Shown here: positions 62,119 to 64,000 of the stretch, in pieces
How positions within the stretch are numbered: the first letter of the stretch is position 1
How the letters are laid out: each line of letters begins with the position of its first letter
From: Rhizobium sp. Q54
GTDB taxonomy: Bacteria > Pseudomonadota > Alphaproteobacteria > Rhizobiales > Xanthobacteraceae
Length of the DNA stretch: 64,000 bases
Assembly (NCBI GenBank): GCA_945861265.1
Contig: CAMAUC010000002.1
Location: 48,035 to 112,034, forward strand
Direction: 5' to 3'
Made by a program: the position numbers and the translations under genes
Notes under the pieces: generated by a model
The model's database searches: none
The model's input: the letters and a program-made list of their open reading frames with translations, nothing else
Told to the model about the DNA's origin: nothing

Positions 62119-63471
62119 TCAGGCGGCCACCGCGACATTGCGCAGCATTTGCTCGATGCGCTCACCGACCCGGGCGACGTTGCGGTGCACCCGCGCCTTG
62201 TAGCGCGTGACCGCATCGCGATCGACCATGAAGAATTCCCGCTCCGGATAGCTCCGGCCAAAGATATCGACCAGCATGCTGCGGAATTTGCCGGAGACGA
62301 TGCCCGGCATGTGCCGCGAGGCCTCCTCGCTATAGGCCGCCAGATGCGCCGAGGTCAGCGCGCACAGCAAAGGATGCAGCCTCGCCGAGTAAACTTGTTT
62401 GTGGCGCTGGATCGCCTGGATGGTGCGGTCGAGCGGAATGTCGGTGCCGATCTCGGCGCCGATCTGCAACGGCTCGTCGAGCGTCGCCTCGGCCAGCGGA
62501 AACTGGTCGATCAGCCAGTCGCCGAGATGCTCGACATTGGTGCGGCCGCGGCCATACATCATCGCGTCGTCGGCATAGGGCGCGTACCAGGTGTCGAGCC
62601 GGTCGATGACGCGGTCGAGCGCCGGGCGCGGGATCAATTCGCGGTAGGAGGTGCCGAAAATGCCGATCGCCGATTTCGCGCGCGACAGGATGTCGAGCAC
62701 GCCGTCACCGATCAGCGGCTGAAACATGCTGTTGCCGACGCCGAGAACGACGAGGTCGTAATTGTTGCGCGCCTGCGCCAGCGCGTTGAAGGTCAGATGA
62801 TGCACATTGGCCTGCCCCGGCAGCAGCGCGTTGATCATGTGCAGGCCGAGCCGGTCGCCGAAATTGCCGGCATCGCTTTCCGAAATCACAGCCACGCTGC
62901 ACGACGCCACCGGCGCGAGACGGTCGGATGGCGTCAGCCGCATCAGCATTTGCCGGCCATCGACCGGCGCCGTGGCTTGAATGCGAAAGCCGTAACGGTC
63001 GAACAATAGCGTCAGATCGAAATAGCTTAAGCCATTGGCAAAGCCGAGCGCGTCGCGATCCGGCCCGCTCACCAGATCGGTCGGGCTGTAGCTGAGGATC
63101 ACGTCCTGCTTGCAGAAGCGCAGATGGGTGAACAGATTTTCCAGATCGGCGATGTTTTCGAGGACGCCGAGCATGACGACAATGTCGGATTGCGTCGCCG
63201 CATGTGTCGGGAAGTCGCCGCCGACAAGATCGCCGATCAGCGATCCCTTGCCGTGCGAGAGCCGTTCCGCGGCCTGATAGGCGCAGCCGAGCGGCAGCGT
63301 ATCGCGTAAGGTCTCGCCGCCGCCGCAGCCGAGATCGAGCACGCGCGAGCCGGACGGAATGAATTGCGCGGCCAGTTGCGCGCGGGAGTCCATTTTAGAG
63401 GAAGCGTCCGGACGGCGCGCGTCATCGGCGAGGGAGACGAGCGCGAGATTCGCGTTGATGTGCAGAGCCAT
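62119..63471 (-). CDS. Class I SAM methyltransferase fused to a polysaccharide pyruvyl transferase-like domain
   Basis: RVLDLGCGGG in the N-half; NFGD, GVGNSM, IGIFG and SARLH in the C-half. Confidence 0.7.
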   Translation of the reverse strand: MALHINANLALVSLADDARRPDASSKMDSRAQLAAQFIPSGSRVLDLGCGGGETLRDTLPLGCAYQAAERLSHGKGSLIGDLVGGDFPTHAATQSDIVVMLGVLENIADLENLFTHLRFCKQDVILSYSPTDLVSGPDRDALGFANGLSYFDLTLLFDRYGFRIQATAPVDGRQMLMRLTPSDRLAPVASCSVAVISESDAGNFGDRLGLHMINALLPGQANVHHLTFNALAQARNNYDLVVLGVGNSMFQPLIGDGVLDILSRAKSAIGIFGTSYRELIPRPALDRVIDRLDTWYAPYADDAMMYGRGRTNVEHLGDWLIDQFPLAEATLDEPLQIGAEIGTDIPLDRTIQAIQRHKQVYSARLHPLLCALTSAHLAAYSEEASRHMPGIVSGKFRSMLVDIFGRSYPEREFFMVDRDAVTRYKARVHRNVARVGERIEQMLRNVAVAA

Positions 63472-63569
63472 GTTCACCGTGCCAGATTTTATTGCCGGAC
63501 CCAGCACGAACCGGCGAGAATCGACGAAGCGCGCCTCTGCGCGCCGGATTCATAGAACGTCAATCATGG

Positions 63570-63585
63570 TTAATAGGCGGTTAAC
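63570..63585. promoter_or_regulatory. CtrA box
   Basis: Perfect TTAA-taggcgg-TTAAC about 100 nt upstream of the 63471 start. Confidence 0.75.
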
Positions 63586-63611
63586 GACGGCCGCGAGGCA
63601 TCAGGCGCGCA

Positions 63612-64000
63612 TTATTCCCAGAATGCCGGTCTGGCCTCTTCCAGCAATCCGCCAATCCGCACCGCGCCGACTTTCTTCGCCAGCCCGGTCTTGTCATCGG
63701 TCTCGACCGCGACGCCGCACATCGTCGCCGGCCCCCCGGCCGCCTCGAATTTCGAACCGGGCAGCTTGCGCAGGAAGCGGCTGAGCGGCTCGTCCTTGAC
63801 CATGCCGATGACCGAATCGAAATCGCCGGTCATACCGGCATCCGACTGGAACGCTGTGCCGCCTGCCAGAATGCGATGGTCCGACGTCGGCACATGCGTA
63901 TGCGTACCGACGACGAGCGAGGCGCGGCCGTCGCAAAAATAACCCATCGCCTGCTTTTCGCTGGTCGCCTCGCAATGCATGTCGACGACGATGGCGTCGG
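63612..64000 (-). CDS. YmdB/TIGR00282 metallophosphoesterase, 5' end outside the window
   Basis: VDMHCEATSEKQAMG, VGTHTHVPTSD, DAGMTG. Confidence 0.93.
   Translation of the reverse strand, partial: DAIVVDMHCEATSEKQAMGYFCDGRASLVVGTHTHVPTSDHRILAGGTAFQSDAGMTGDFDSVIGMVKDEPLSRFLRKLPGSKFEAAGGPATMCGVAVETDDKTGLAKKVGAVRIGGLLEEARPAFWE

Overview
GC-rich alphaproteobacterial chromosome segment. Gene content and repeat style suggest Hyphomicrobiales (Bradyrhizobiaceae/Xanthobacteraceae-like); this is an inference. Core blocks: a TPP riboswitch with thiC; rplY-pth-ychF; ubiK / lgt-midA-pgeF-prs-ybjN-proC; MarR-OmpR-EnvZ-like / ilvE; tolQRAB-pal-cpoB-tilS-ftsH; and ymdB-yebC-ruvC-ruvA-(deaminase)-ruvB-(hicAB)-ybgC-ogt. 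An accessory stretch at about 5-23 kb holds small secreted, membrane and stress genes. I found no rRNA, tRNA, CRISPR array or transposase. Top candidate for something undescribed: a ~480-nt non-coding element at 11320-11800. It has its own sigma70-like promoter with a palindromic operator in the spacer, many nested helices, GNRA tetraloops, and a 5'-loop/3'-end pairing that competes with a local hairpin, and it matches no RNA family I can name. Other notable items: a palindromic repeat in the loop of the riboswitch SD-sequestering stem; a CTAG-bounded 168-bp double hairpin; hicAB and a deaminase translationally coupled inside the ruv operon; a methyltransferase / pyruvyl-transferase-like fusion with a perfect CtrA box; several EcfG-type promoters; and small ORFs missed by the ORF track. 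All calls come from reading the sequence; no database search was run.
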